Under the pieces are notes generated by a model. That model made no database searches, was not told where the DNA came from, and saw nothing but the letters and a program-made list of their open reading frames with translations. Shown here piece after piece: positions 43,856 to 53,395 of a stretch of 64,000 bases of DNA. The position numbers were made by a program, and so were the translations under genes. Positions within the stretch are counted from its first letter, which is position 1. Every line of letters starts with the position of its first letter. The stretch is from an uncultured Pseudomonadota bacterium (GTDB taxonomy: Bacteria; Pseudomonadota; Alphaproteobacteria; Acetobacterales; Acetobacteraceae): assembly GCA_963838805.1 (NCBI GenBank), contig CAWISK010000010.1:291335-355334 (forward strand), in the 5' to 3' direction.

Positions 43856-45742
43856 ATGACGGCTCGCCCATCCTTCGTGGGCACGCTGCGCCGCGCCCTG
43901 TGGCCGCTGCTGGTGTTCGAGGCGGCGTTCGAGCTCGCCACGCTGGTCGCCCTCGACCCGCTGCTGGTGCTGCTGCTGGACCGCGTCGTGGCGTTGGGCG
44001 GCGATCCTTTCGTGGGCAACACCGCGCTGGTGTCGTTCCTGCTGTCTCCCGCCGGGATGCTCGCACTGCCGAGTGCGGCGATCGGCGTGATCTTCGTGGG
44101 TGCAGTCGCGTCAGGCGGCGCGAGCCTGATCCTGTGGCGCGCGCAGGGACCCGGGCCGTCCCGCCACCTTGCGGTCTGGCGGGCGGTGTTCGCCCGCGTT
44201 CCGAGCCTGCTGGCACTCAGCGCCTATGCGTTCGCGGCGGCGCTGCTGCTGGTCGTCCCGGTGCTCGCGATCGCGTTCGCCGGGCGGCGCTGGTGGCTTT
44301 CGGGTGGCGATGTCTATTTCTACCTGACGACACGGCCGCCCGAATTCATCCTGGTGGCCGCGCTGGTCGCCGCCGTCGCCGCCGGCGCGCTGGTGGCTGG
44401 CCTCGTGCTGCTCCTGCGCACCGCCCTTGCCGTGCCGATCTGCCTGCTGCGTCCGGTCGGCGTGCATCAGGCGTTGCGCATGGCCGTTCGCGCGACACAC
44501 GGGCGGACGCGCGCGCTGCTGCCGAGACTGCTCGCGGCGGTGCTGGGCACGGCGGCGCTTTGGGCGATCTTTTTCGCGGTATTGTCGGCTCTGCTCGACT
44601 GGCTCCTTGCGCGTCCGATGCAGCAGGCAGCATTGCATGGCGCCGGCCTGGGTGTCGCCATCGCCGCCGCCCTGGCGTTTGCGGCGCTCGCCGCCGTCTC
44701 ACGCGGCGCGGTGCTGCTGCCGCTGCTTCGGGACAAGGCGGCCGAGGAGGTGCTGCCGCGAGGCGCCGAGCCGATTCCAGCCCGCGCGCGCCTCGCCCGG
44801 CTCCGACCGCTGGCGCTGCTTGCGCTGTGCGTCGCGATCCCCATTGCCGCCGCCATCAAGATCGCCACGGCCGGCGGGGCGGCGCCGCACCCGATCGCCA
44901 TCACCGCGCATCGCGCAGGCTCTGCCCGCGCCCCCGAGAACACGCTGGCGGCGCTGGACAATGCCATTGCCGAAGGGGCCGACGTCGTCGAGATCGACGT
45001 GCAGGAGACGGCGGATGGAAAAATCGTCCTGCTGCACGACACGGATCTCCGCCGCGTGGCCGGCGTGGCGCGCCCCATCTGGCAGATGCGGGCCGACGAG
45101 CTGCTTCGGCTCGATGTCGGCTCCTGGTTCGCGCCACATTTCCGCGGCGAGCGCATCCCCACCCTGCGCGCCTTCGCCGAGGCTGCGCGGGGGCGGGTTC
45201 GGCTGAATGTCGAAGTCAAGAATAACGGGCATGGCGAAGACCTGGCGGCGCGCACGGTCGCCATCCTGCGCGAAGCCGGCTCGGCCGACCATGCGGCGAT
45301 TTCGTCGCTCGATATCGGTCTGCTGCGCGAGGTGCGGCGCATCGCGCCAGAGATCAAGCTGGGTCTCATCCTGGCGACCGGTATCGGCAATCTGCACAGC
45401 GTCGATGTCGATTTCGTGGCGCTGTCGCGGCGTCTGGCGACGCGCGCGCTCATCCAGCAACTCACCGCGCGCGGGCGGGAGGTGCATGTCTGGACACTGG
45501 ACGACGATGCGAGCATCGCCCGCGCCATGCTGAACGGCGCCGACAACATCATCACCGGCGACACGCTGCGCGCGGTGCGAATGCGGCACTGGTTCGACAG
45601 CCTGAGCGAACCGGAAAGGATCCTGCTGCGCGTCGGCTATTCGTTCAGCTCGACCTGGTTCCGGATCGTCGGCCGGACCGGCTGGAGCAGCAGCGGGATC
45701 AATGGCCCGGGCGCGGATCACTCCGGCCCGGACGATTTCTGA
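43856..45742 (+). CDS. membrane-anchored glycerophosphodiester phosphodiesterase
   Basis: Polytopic N-terminal domain, then a GDPD domain: ITAHRAGSARAPENTLAA, EIDVQETADGKIVLLHD, VHVWTLDD. Confidence 0.88.
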   Translation: MTARPSFVGTLRRALWPLLVFEAAFELATLVALDPLLVLLLDRVVALGGDPFVGNTALVSFLLSPAGMLALPSAAIGVIFVGAVASGGASLILWRAQGPGPSRHLAVWRAVFARVPSLLALSAYAFAAALLLVVPVLAIAFAGRRWWLSGGDVYFYLTTRPPEFILVAALVAAVAAGALVAGLVLLLRTALAVPICLLRPVGVHQALRMAVRATHGRTRALLPRLLAAVLGTAALWAIFFAVLSALLDWLLARPMQQAALHGAGLGVAIAAALAFAALAAVSRGAVLLPLLRDKAAEEVLPRGAEPIPARARLARLRPLALLALCVAIPIAAAIKIATAGGAAPHPIAITAHRAGSARAPENTLAALDNAIAEGADVVEIDVQETADGKIVLLHDTDLRRVAGVARPIWQMRADELLRLDVGSWFAPHFRGERIPTLRAFAEAARGRVRLNVEVKNNGHGEDLAARTVAILREAGSADHAAISSLDIGLLREVRRIAPEIKLGLILATGIGNLHSVDVDFVALSRRLATRALIQQLTARGREVHVWTLDDDASIARAMLNGADNIITGDTLRAVRMRHWFDSLSEPERILLRVGYSFSSTWFRIVGRTGWSSSGINGPGADHSGPDDF

Positions 45743-45763
45743 AGCGACGCCGGCCCGGCGGGA

Positions 45764-46216
45764 TCAGCGACGGAAACCGGGCACCGAATTGCCGCGCGAG
45801 AACATGCATTGCGAAAACGCGATGTTATACTGGTCCTGGATCGATCGCTGGGCATTGGAGCTGGTCGCGGCACCGATCCCCGCCCCACCGAGCGCGCCGC
45901 CCGCGGCACCAATTCCGGCGCCGCTGCCGCCGCCAATCGCGGCCCCCAGCCCGGCACCGAGTGCCGTGGTCACGGCCGCTGCGCCGACGCCGCGCAGATT
46001 GGCGTTCCGCGCCTGGCCGGCGACCGACTGCTCGGCGAACTGCCTGCAAACAGCCTGATCGTTCTGGAACGCGGCAAAGGATTTGTTCGACCCCGGCATG
46101 ACCTGGACGGTCGGGCCCATCGGTGTCTGCGCGCAACCCGCGAGCAGCAACGCCGCAGCACCGATGCCGAGGAAAACCCGATGACGAAAAGAACCACCGC
46201 TCATTGTCGATCCCAT
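45764..46216 (-). CDS. glycine-zipper lipoprotein
   Basis: Lipobox LLLAGC and Gly-zipper GAGLGAAIGGGSGAGIGAAGGALGGAGIGAA. Confidence 0.75.
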   Translation of the reverse strand: MGSTMSGGSFRHRVFLGIGAAALLLAGCAQTPMGPTVQVMPGSNKSFAAFQNDQAVCRQFAEQSVAGQARNANLRGVGAAAVTTALGAGLGAAIGGGSGAGIGAAGGALGGAGIGAATSSNAQRSIQDQYNIAFSQCMFSRGNSVPGFRR

Positions 46217-46368
46217 TCACCGATGTTGCGCAGGCCGCGCGATGCGTGGGCGTCGTCCCGATGTCTGCATGGTTCGGAACGCGCCACCATCGTTTTTGTA
46301 GGCTTGCAACGGCCCCGGTTGCAAGCCGCGCGCCCCACCCTCCGGGCCCCGACCACGGGCGCGCCGGA

Positions 46369-47811
46369 TCACGGGCGGGCCGCGACCGCGAGCGGGCGAG
46401 GCGGATAGTCCTCGAGAAATTTCCGCAGCGGCTCCGAGGTCACCACCGCGTCCTGCCCCGCCTGGATCAGCGCATCCACATCGGCGCGCCTGAGCGTGAG
46501 GCCCGTAGGGATGGCCAGCAATTGGGCCTTGCGCGGGCTTGGCGGCATGGCGGCGAGGGAGATCGGTATCAGCTCGGATTGCACGTCGTCGCATGGCGTG
46601 CCGTCGATCACCCTTCCCTGCGCGCACCGCGCGGCGCGGATCGCCTTCGTGACCTCCTCCAATTGCTGGTTCACGGTGATCATGGTCTCGAAATTGAAGC
46701 GGTCGATCTGCGCGCCCGTCACGAGCCCCAGCATCGCAAACAGGCCACCGACCACCCGGCGCTGCGATACGGTGGGATCCTGCGCGCCCTGGCCATCCAC
46801 CGAGATCACCAGGATCCGGCGCACGCGATCGAAGCCGTCGGTGGCAAGCGTCGCCGGCGATTGCGCCAGATTTTGCATCATGCTGCCGGCCACGCGCATC
46901 GCCATGTTGTCGGAAATGCCGCCATCGGCCAGGTGAAGATAGTGCATCCGCTTGGGATCGAGATAGCGCGACACCGCATTCGCCTGCGCGCCGGGACGGG
47001 AGAGCGGGTCGAGCCGCTGGTCCTCGCTGACGCGGCGCAGCCAGCCGGGTTCGCGGCCGCCGCACTGGCTGGCGCGGTTGGTCAGCGTGATCGGCGAGAA
47101 CAGGCCGGGGAAGCCGTTCGACGCCGCCACCGCGCGCGCCACCGGAAACTCGCCAAGATCGGAGCAGATGAGATCGAAGGTTTCCTGCGTGAAGATGAAC
47201 GGCGTGCCGTCGCTGATCTCGGTGGCGCCGATGGCGACCAGCGGCCGGCCCTGCGCTGCCAGATCCTTGAACCGCGCGCCATGAAACATCGTGCGGTCAT
47301 AGACCCGCTCCATGTAGTCGTTGGTGCCGACCGAGGGATCGACGAGCCACAGCCAGTTCCACGGCAGCAGATAGATCCCCCAGATCGCGGCGTTGGTATC
47401 GCGGTAAAGAAAATCCGTTTCGAACCGGCCGAACGCCGAATCGCGGTAGAGGCCGTAATAGGCGGCCGTGAAGCTGCCCCCCGAGACTCCGGATATGGCG
47501 TCCAGGGCGTGCAGCAGAGGCTCGGGGCCGTGCGGCGTCGGCACGGAAACCTCCCGCATCCCCTTCAGCACGCCATAGGACCAGGCGGCAGAGCGCTTGC
47601 CGCCGCCCGATATGGCGACCAGCACGAGGAGGTCGGGAGTCGCCTTGGCGGTTGACATGGCGGTAAGCCGCATGCCGCCCCGGGAAATGGTCTCGCTGCC
47701 GGGCGGGTTCAGTTGGGTCGGGGACAAGGGTTTCGTGTCGGCGACGATCAGCGACGCGCAACCCGTGAGGAGCACCGCCATCAACAGCACGATCGGCGCC
47801 CGCGACCACAT
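46369..47811 (-). CDS. patatin-like phospholipase family lipoprotein
   Basis: Lipobox VLLTGCAS, oxyanion ISGGGKRS, nucleophile GVSGGS, Asp dyad LADGGISDN. Start ATG 47809-47811 inside track ORF 46369..47964. Confidence 0.85.
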   Translation of the reverse strand: MWSRAPIVLLMAVLLTGCASLIVADTKPLSPTQLNPPGSETISRGGMRLTAMSTAKATPDLLVLVAISGGGKRSAAWSYGVLKGMREVSVPTPHGPEPLLHALDAISGVSGGSFTAAYYGLYRDSAFGRFETDFLYRDTNAAIWGIYLLPWNWLWLVDPSVGTNDYMERVYDRTMFHGARFKDLAAQGRPLVAIGATEISDGTPFIFTQETFDLICSDLGEFPVARAVAASNGFPGLFSPITLTNRASQCGGREPGWLRRVSEDQRLDPLSRPGAQANAVSRYLDPKRMHYLHLADGGISDNMAMRVAGSMMQNLAQSPATLATDGFDRVRRILVISVDGQGAQDPTVSQRRVVGGLFAMLGLVTGAQIDRFNFETMITVNQQLEEVTKAIRAARCAQGRVIDGTPCDDVQSELIPISLAAMPPSPRKAQLLAIPTGLTLRRADVDALIQAGQDAVVTSEPLRKFLEDYPPRPLAVAARP

Positions 47812-48079
47812 CCTGTTCACCTCGGGTGCCCTCCGCGCTGCAAATGGCACGCGCCATTCCGCCAAAACTGGCTGCGCATCCGGAGGGCTGTCAATCTCTG
47901 TGGCCGAGCGGCGCTGCCGCCACGCCGTGTTGCAATCCCCGGTTCTGTTCGTGCGAAGCGGCATCGGCCGCGTCGATCGCCATTGCGGCAGAGAATGTCA
48001 GCGGCGCGATTGGCGTCCGCGAGCGACACCGCACGCCGTTGTCCCGTCAGCCGGGACAGCGCCGTGCGATGCCGGCCGG

Positions 48080-48580
48080 CTAGGACGGCGAAGCCGCATG
48101 GCCGGCGAGTGCTGCCTGCAATGCCTCGTCCTTCGTCTCGTCGAAGGAGGTGTGCATGACCGTGCCCCCGACCCCGTGCAGGGCCGCCAGCACCTTTTCC
48201 GCGGTCATCTTGCGGATCAGCAGGAACAGCCCGGCCGTCCCGGGCGCCAGCGCCTCGGCGGCATTCTTCATGAAATCGTCGCTGATGCCGAAATCGGTCA
48301 GCCGGCCGCTGATCGCTCCCGAGGCGGCACCAACGGCAGCGCCCACCAGCGGATTGAGGAAGATCAGGCCGATCAGCGAACCCCACACAGCCCCCGAGAG
48401 CGCCCCGGATCTCGTCGTATTGACCAACTGATTGAGCCCGACGCGACCGGCCGAATCCTTGGTCGCGATCACCGCGTCGCCGAGTTCGATCAGATACTCC
48501 TTCTGCATCGAGAGCAGCTTGCTGCGGACTTCCTCGGCCTGCTGCTCGGTCGGAAAGGCGATGAAGACGAGATCGCTCAT
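48080..48580 (-). CDS. DUF1269 domain membrane protein
   Basis: MSDLVFIAFPTEQQAEEVRSKLLSMQKEYLIELGDAVIATKD..., followed by a Gly-rich TM pair. Confidence 0.78.
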   Translation of the reverse strand: MSDLVFIAFPTEQQAEEVRSKLLSMQKEYLIELGDAVIATKDSAGRVGLNQLVNTTRSGALSGAVWGSLIGLIFLNPLVGAAVGAASGAISGRLTDFGISDDFMKNAAEALAPGTAGLFLLIRKMTAEKVLAALHGVGGTVMHTSFDETKDEALQAALAGHAASPS

Positions 48581-48668
48581 GGCGCTGGTTCGCTCCTGGA
48601 CATCCGGTTGGCCGGGCAGCCTCTCTATACCGGGCCGTGTGTCGGCGCCATCCGTGCTCCTGCTCCCG

Positions 48669-49391
48669 TCACTCCCAGAACGCCGCGACGATCGTGTCGT
48701 CGTCGCCCAGCATGAGGGTCAGGCGATTGGGATTGAGCCTGGCGCCCCGAACGCCGTCGGTCGGCTTGATCACGCGCAGCAGCCTCGGCAGATCCTGCTG
48801 GCGGATACTGCCCTGCTGGCCCGGCTGCGTCGCACCTGCTCCCACCAGCTTCTTGCCGACGCAATCCGCGCAATCGTTCGTGCTGATCGTGGCCTGGCTC
48901 ACGCCCGGGATCTGCTTCACGGTCAGCGCATTCTCGGCGCCGCGGACGCGCACGCCGTTGAATGGATGACCTTCCTCGAGCGCGAACACCGCATCGACCG
49001 GCACGAAGCCTTCTGCGTCCTGTGACAATCTGGGCGGCGCGGCCACGAATTGCAGATCGACGATGCCGTCAGCGGGCTTGCCTGCGTAGCTGGGGACCAG
49101 TTGCGGTGCGCCCCACCCGCCGGAGGCCGCAAGTCCCGTCACGCGGACGATGTCGCGCTTCGGTTCGGCGGAGGTGCGAAAGACCTCGACGCTGGTGACG
49201 TACAGCACCGGCCGGTCCGCCGCGGGCGACAGCTCGGGTGCCGCCAGTTCGCCCAGCGCCTCCTGTCCGCCCGGCATCTCCTGTCCCATCGGACCGGGCG
49301 AGGCAGCACTGCCCTGGGCCGATGCGAGGCCGCACAGGCCCAGTTGCACCGTGGCGCCGATCGCGAATGCCGCCAATACTCGGAACGTCAT
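48669..49391 (-). CDS. secreted hypothetical protein with peptidase-inhibitor-I78-like C-terminus
   Basis: Signal peptide MTFRVLAAFAIGATVQLGLCGLASAQG. The tail LRVIKPTDGVRGARLNPNRLTLMLGDDDTIVAAFWE resembles the I78 family (inference). Lies 28 nt downstream of the rSAM gene. Confidence 0.6.
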   Translation of the reverse strand: MTFRVLAAFAIGATVQLGLCGLASAQGSAASPGPMGQEMPGGQEALGELAAPELSPAADRPVLYVTSVEVFRTSAEPKRDIVRVTGLAASGGWGAPQLVPSYAGKPADGIVDLQFVAAPPRLSQDAEGFVPVDAVFALEEGHPFNGVRVRGAENALTVKQIPGVSQATISTNDCADCVGKKLVGAGATQPGQQGSIRQQDLPRLLRVIKPTDGVRGARLNPNRLTLMLGDDDTIVAAFWE

Positions 49392-49419
49392 GCTCGTCCT
49401 CCCTCCGGATCGACGGGTC

Positions 49420-50583
49420 TCACCCGTACAGGCGTGTCTCGACAGGTTGGCCTGGCATCGGCAGGCGTTCCGGCACCCGCTCGATCGCGTCGAGCACCAG
49501 ATCGGTTCCGCGCATCTTGACCAGCCGGCAATAGCGCGTCTCGGTGCTGGCGAAGCTGCCGTTCTCCGCCAGCTTGTTGACCGGCTCGCCGCCGCCGCAG
49601 ACGCTGAAATACTCGCAGGTCTCGCGACACATCGCGACCCCCGCGCGAATGTCGCGCAGCATCCGCGCAAGGGGCGCGCTGTCCTGCATCTCCAGCAGCG
49701 TGTCGCGGTTGATGTTGCCCAGCACGAAATCGCCGTATTCCGCGTTCTTCAGCCCGAGCAGTTCCGGCGAAAACGTCGAGACGTTTCCCGCCCAGTCCAT
49801 GCTGGTCAAGGCGAACGGCTCGACCAGTTGATTGGCGAACGCCGCATCGTTCGGCCGCACGATCTGCCGGATCGCGTGCTCGATCTCGCGGATGAAGGTG
49901 ATCCTGCCGGGAGAGGCCGCCGAGAGCCGCCAGAACTCGCGCAGGAAACTGGAATACGCCGCCTCGATATCGGCCGCCGCGAAGGATCGCGAGACGTGGC
50001 TGCCTTCGGATTCCTCGACGTTGAAGCAGACTTCCTCGATCCCTTCCTCGACATAGAAATCGAACATCTCGCCCGGACACGCCATGCTGGCGGCGGTCAG
50101 GACGGAAATGACATGAAACGGCACCCCGCTGCGCCGCAACTGGCGGATACCGGCGATCGTCCGGTCGAACGTGCCGCGGCCGGAGCGCGTGACACGGCTG
50201 CGGTCATGCACATGCCGCGGGCCATCGATGCTGACGCCGACATTCACCTGCTCCTCGGCGAAGAACGCGCACCATGCCTCGTCGATCAGCGTGCCGTTGG
50301 TCTGGAACGCATGGTCGATCGCAACGTGGGACGGCTTCAGCCGTTCGATGGTTCGAAACGCCTCTCGGTAGAACGCGACCGGCAGCACCATCGGCTCGCC
50401 CGCATGCCAGACGACGGAAAGCCCGTCCTGCACCCAGCCGGACGCGAAGACCTGCGAGAACAGATTGATCAGCGTCCCGGTCGAGATGACCGCTTTCTCG
50501 TTCCGGTTCGGCAGATAGCAGTATGTGCAATCGATGTTGCAGAACGGAGTGGGCTGGACCACCAGCAACTCGATCCTGGGCAT
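49420..50583 (-). CDS. radical SAM/SPASM peptide maturase, GrrM/three-residue-cyclophane-forming type
   Basis: 387 aa from MPRIELLVVQPTPFCNIDCTYCYL (CxxxCxxC). C-terminal SPASM CRETCEYFSVCGGGEPVNKLAENGSFASTETRYC. The upstream part of track ORF 49420..50985 is an out-of-frame overlap of the peptide gene. Confidence 0.85.
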   Translation of the reverse strand: MPRIELLVVQPTPFCNIDCTYCYLPNRNEKAVISTGTLINLFSQVFASGWVQDGLSVVWHAGEPMVLPVAFYREAFRTIERLKPSHVAIDHAFQTNGTLIDEAWCAFFAEEQVNVGVSIDGPRHVHDRSRVTRSGRGTFDRTIAGIRQLRRSGVPFHVISVLTAASMACPGEMFDFYVEEGIEEVCFNVEESEGSHVSRSFAAADIEAAYSSFLREFWRLSAASPGRITFIREIEHAIRQIVRPNDAAFANQLVEPFALTSMDWAGNVSTFSPELLGLKNAEYGDFVLGNINRDTLLEMQDSAPLARMLRDIRAGVAMCRETCEYFSVCGGGEPVNKLAENGSFASTETRYCRLVKMRGTDLVLDAIERVPERLPMPGQPVETRLYG

Positions 50584-50620
50584 GGCGCGGCTCAGTATCC
50601 GCCGAGACCGGGCGTATCCG

Positions 50621-50992
50621 TCACCAGTTGCGCCAGGCGTTGCGCCAGTTGTTCCAGCGGGGCCGGAAGTTGCGCCAGTTGTTCCACGCGGGCCGGCCCC
50701 AGCCGGGCCGCCCACCCCAGCCCCAGTTGTTCCACCGGTTGCCCCAGACCAGATGCAGGTCGGGATTGGGCTGCCGCGCCAGGTCGTCGGGCACGACCAC
50801 GACGGACACCGCTTCGCGGATGGCGGCCAACCGCTCCGACACGCCCGGCGCTGTGCTGGCCGGTGGGTCGATTGGGGCGGGGCGGTCGATCGCCGCCCTG
50901 GCGACGGCGGAGCCGAGCAGCATCGCCGCGCCGACCGCTCCCGCCGGGACCAGCCGCGACATGATGGCGAGGTATCTTTGCCCAAGCCGCAT
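50621..50992 (-). CDS. Trp/Asn/Arg-repeat RiPP precursor peptide (GrrA-like) with Sec-type signal peptide
   Basis: GGGGAG about 8 nt before ATG 50992. The C-terminus is VWGNRWNNWGWGGRPGWGRPAWNNWRNFRPRWNNWRNAWRNW. The stop lies 37 nt from the rSAM start. Confidence 0.8.
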   Translation of the reverse strand: MRLGQRYLAIMSRLVPAGAVGAAMLLGSAVARAAIDRPAPIDPPASTAPGVSERLAAIREAVSVVVVPDDLARQPNPDLHLVWGNRWNNWGWGGRPGWGRPAWNNWRNFRPRWNNWRNAWRNW

Positions 50993-51094
50993 AGGAACTG
51001 CTCCCCGTCGCTGCCCGGACCCGAAATTCGCAGCGTGGCACCCGGACTGTCAACCGGATCGTGAGGGGAGCGTGAAAGATCAGTGGGTTAGGAC

Positions 51095-51185
51095 TGGCGG
51101 ATGGAGTGGGATTCGAACCCACGGTACGCTATTAACGTACACACGCTTTCCAAGCGTGCGCCTTAAGCCGCTCGGCCATCCATCC
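51095..51185 (-). tRNA. tRNA-Ser (anticodon GGA)
   Basis: The reverse complement folds as acceptor GGATGGA/TCCATCC, anticodon stem CACGC/GCGTG with loop TTGGAAA, a long variable arm, T-arm GTGGG-TTCGAAT-CCCAC, discriminator G and encoded CCA. Confidence 0.92.
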
Positions 51186-51220
51186 TCTGCCGCCCTTTTT
51201 AGCAAGGCGTCGGCGGGCCG

Positions 51221-53028
51221 TCACGCATCCATCTTCAGCGCCGCGAGGAAGGCGCTTTGCGGGATCTCGACCTTGCCGAACTGGCGCATCCGCTTCTTGC
51301 CCTCCTTCTGCTTCTCCAGCAGCTTGCGCTTGCGGGTGATGTCGCCGCCGTAGCATTTGGCGGTGACATCCTTGGACAGCGCGCTGATGGTCTCGCGCGC
51401 GATCACCCGCCCGCCGATCGCCGCCTGGATGGCGATCTTGAAGAGCTGCTTCGGGATCAGCTCCTTCAGCTTCGCACAGATCGAGCGGCCGCGCGCGTCG
51501 GCGGCGCTGCGGTGGGCGATGAACGAGAGCGCGTCCACCGGATCGTGGTTGACCAGGATCGAGATGCGCACGAGATCGCTCTCGGCATAGCCGTCCATCG
51601 CGTAGTCGAAGCTCGCATAGCCGCGGCTCACCGATTTCAGCCGGTCGTAGAAATCGAACACCACCTCGTTCAGCGGCAGGCGATACACCGCCATCGCCCG
51701 GTTGCCGACATAGGTCAGATCCGCCTGCTGCCCGCGCCGCTCGTTGCATAGGGTCAGAACCGCGCCGAGATATTCGTCGGGCACCATGATCGTGGCCTTG
51801 ATCCACGGCTCCTCGATATGGTCGATCACGCTGCCGTCCGGCATGTCGGCCGGGTTGTGCAACTCCTCCATCGTGCCGTTGGTGCGGTGGACGCGATAGA
51901 CGACGCTGGGGGCGGTCGCGATCAGGTCGAGGTCGAACTCGCGCGCTCAGGCGTTCCTGGATGATTTCCAGGTGCAGCAGCCCGAGGAAGCCGCAGCGAT
52001 AGCCGAAACCGAGGGCCGCCGATGTTTCCGCCTCGTAGTGGAACGAGGAATCGTTCAGCCGCAGTTTCGCCAGGCTGTCGCGCAGCTTCTCGAAATCGTC
52101 GGCATCGACCGGGAACAGGCCGCACCACACCACGGGCACCGAGGGCTTGAAGCCGGGCAGCGGCGCCGCGGCAGGATGACGGTCGTCGGTGATCGTATCG
52201 CCCACGTTGCAGTCGGCCACGGTCTTGATGGCGGCCGTGATGTAGCCGATCTCGCCCGGCCCCAGATCGTCCAGCGGCACCAGGCGCGGGGTGAACACGC
52301 CTACCTGTTCGACGCTGTGAACGGCCCCCGTGCTCATCATGCGGATCTTCTGGCCTCGCCTGATGCGGCCGTCCTTGACGCGCAGCAGGATGACAACGCC
52401 GAGATACTGGTCGTACCAGCTATCGACCAGCAGCGCGGTGAGCGGCGCTGCTCTCGTCACCCTTGGGCGGCGGCAGGCGGGTGACGAGCGCTTCCAGCAC
52501 GCCCTCGATATTGAGCCCGGTCTTGGCGCTGATCTCCACCGCATCGGAAGCATCGAGGCCGATCACGTCCTCGATCTGCTGGCGGACGCGCTCGGGCTCG
52601 GCGGCCGGCAGGTCGATCTTGTTGAGCACCGGGACGATTTCGTGATTGGCGTCGATCGCCTGATACACATTGGCGAGCGTCTGCGCCTCGACGCCCTGGG
52701 AGGCATCGACCACCAGCAGCGAGCCTTCGCAGGCAGCCAGGCTGCGCGAGACCTCGTAGGCGAAATCGACATGGCCGGGCGTGTCCATCAGGTTCAGGAC
52801 ATAGATCTCGCCGTCCTGCGCCGGATAGGCGAGGCGCACCGTCTGCGCCTTGATGGTGATGCCGCGCTCGCGCTCCAGCTCCATGTTGTCGAGCACCTGC
52901 TCGGTCATGTCGCGCGCGGCGACCGCACCCGTGGCCTGGATCAGCCGGTCGGCGAGCGTGGACTTGCCGTGGTCGATATGGGCGATGATCGCGAAGTTGC
53001 GGATGCGAGAGAGGGGGGTGGCGGTCAT
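51221..53028 (-). pseudogene. lepA: translation elongation factor 4 (LepA), two 1-nt insertions near 52453 and 51945
   Basis: G domain [16 protein letters not shown]...DTPGHVDF...NKIDL in track ORF 52420..53028. Domain II/III ...[14 protein letters not shown]...[15 protein letters not shown] in ORF 51132..52553. C-terminal ...[11 protein letters not shown]...[15 protein letters not shown] in ORF 51221..51871. Confidence 0.92.
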
Positions 53029-53059
53029 TCGGGCGGGCCGATCTTGGCGTGGTCAAGGC

Positions 53060-53395
53060 TCATATGCGTCCGGAGCGGCCAAAGTAGTAGCCCAGGATGA
53101 GGGTGACAACGGGAAGCACGGCTGAGCGGATTAGATCGAGGACTTGGGCGGAGACCGCGAGCCAATTACCTGTCCGCCCTCCCTCAACTCCCATGACTAT
53201 GAAGGCCGTGAGGATCGCCAAGCCGAAGATTACAATGACCCAGCGTGCTATCCACGAGCGATCTCTCGCCTCCCGTTCAGAAACGAGATGCTCAATGCCT
53301 TCGGGTGTAACGGCACGCCGCCTCTCGTCGTTTAGACGTCGTTCCAGAACATCAAGATCAGGCTCTGGCGGCGCAGGCGCTGAGGTGTCGCTCAA
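53060..53395 (-). CDS. hypothetical two-TM membrane protein (111 aa), low-GC islet
   Basis: The TTG start overlaps the upstream stop (TTGA). Charged N-terminus, then helices [23 protein letters not shown] and [22 protein letters not shown]. Local GC is about 55-60%. Confidence 0.5.
   Translation of the reverse strand: MSDTSAPAPPEPDLDVLERRLNDERRRAVTPEGIEHLVSEREARDRSWIARWVIVIFGLAILTAFIVMGVEGGRTGNWLAVSAQVLDLIRSAVLPVVTLILGYYFGRSGRI

Noticed and set aside
47850-47875. A sigma-54-like TGGCAC motif (caaaTGGCACgcgccattcc) in the patatin-DUF1269 spacer.
   Set aside because: It lies on the plus strand pointing at the 3' end of a minus-strand gene, and its -12 element (attcc) does not match TTGC.
45764-51185. 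A genomic island integrated at the 3' end of tRNA-Ser(GGA) and carrying the RiPP and envelope genes.
   Set aside because: There is no integrase or recombinase. I could not find a direct repeat of the tRNA 3' end; the only match was an 8-nt ttcgaacc at about 47420. Base composition looks like the rest of the window. A genome-wide att-site search would be needed.
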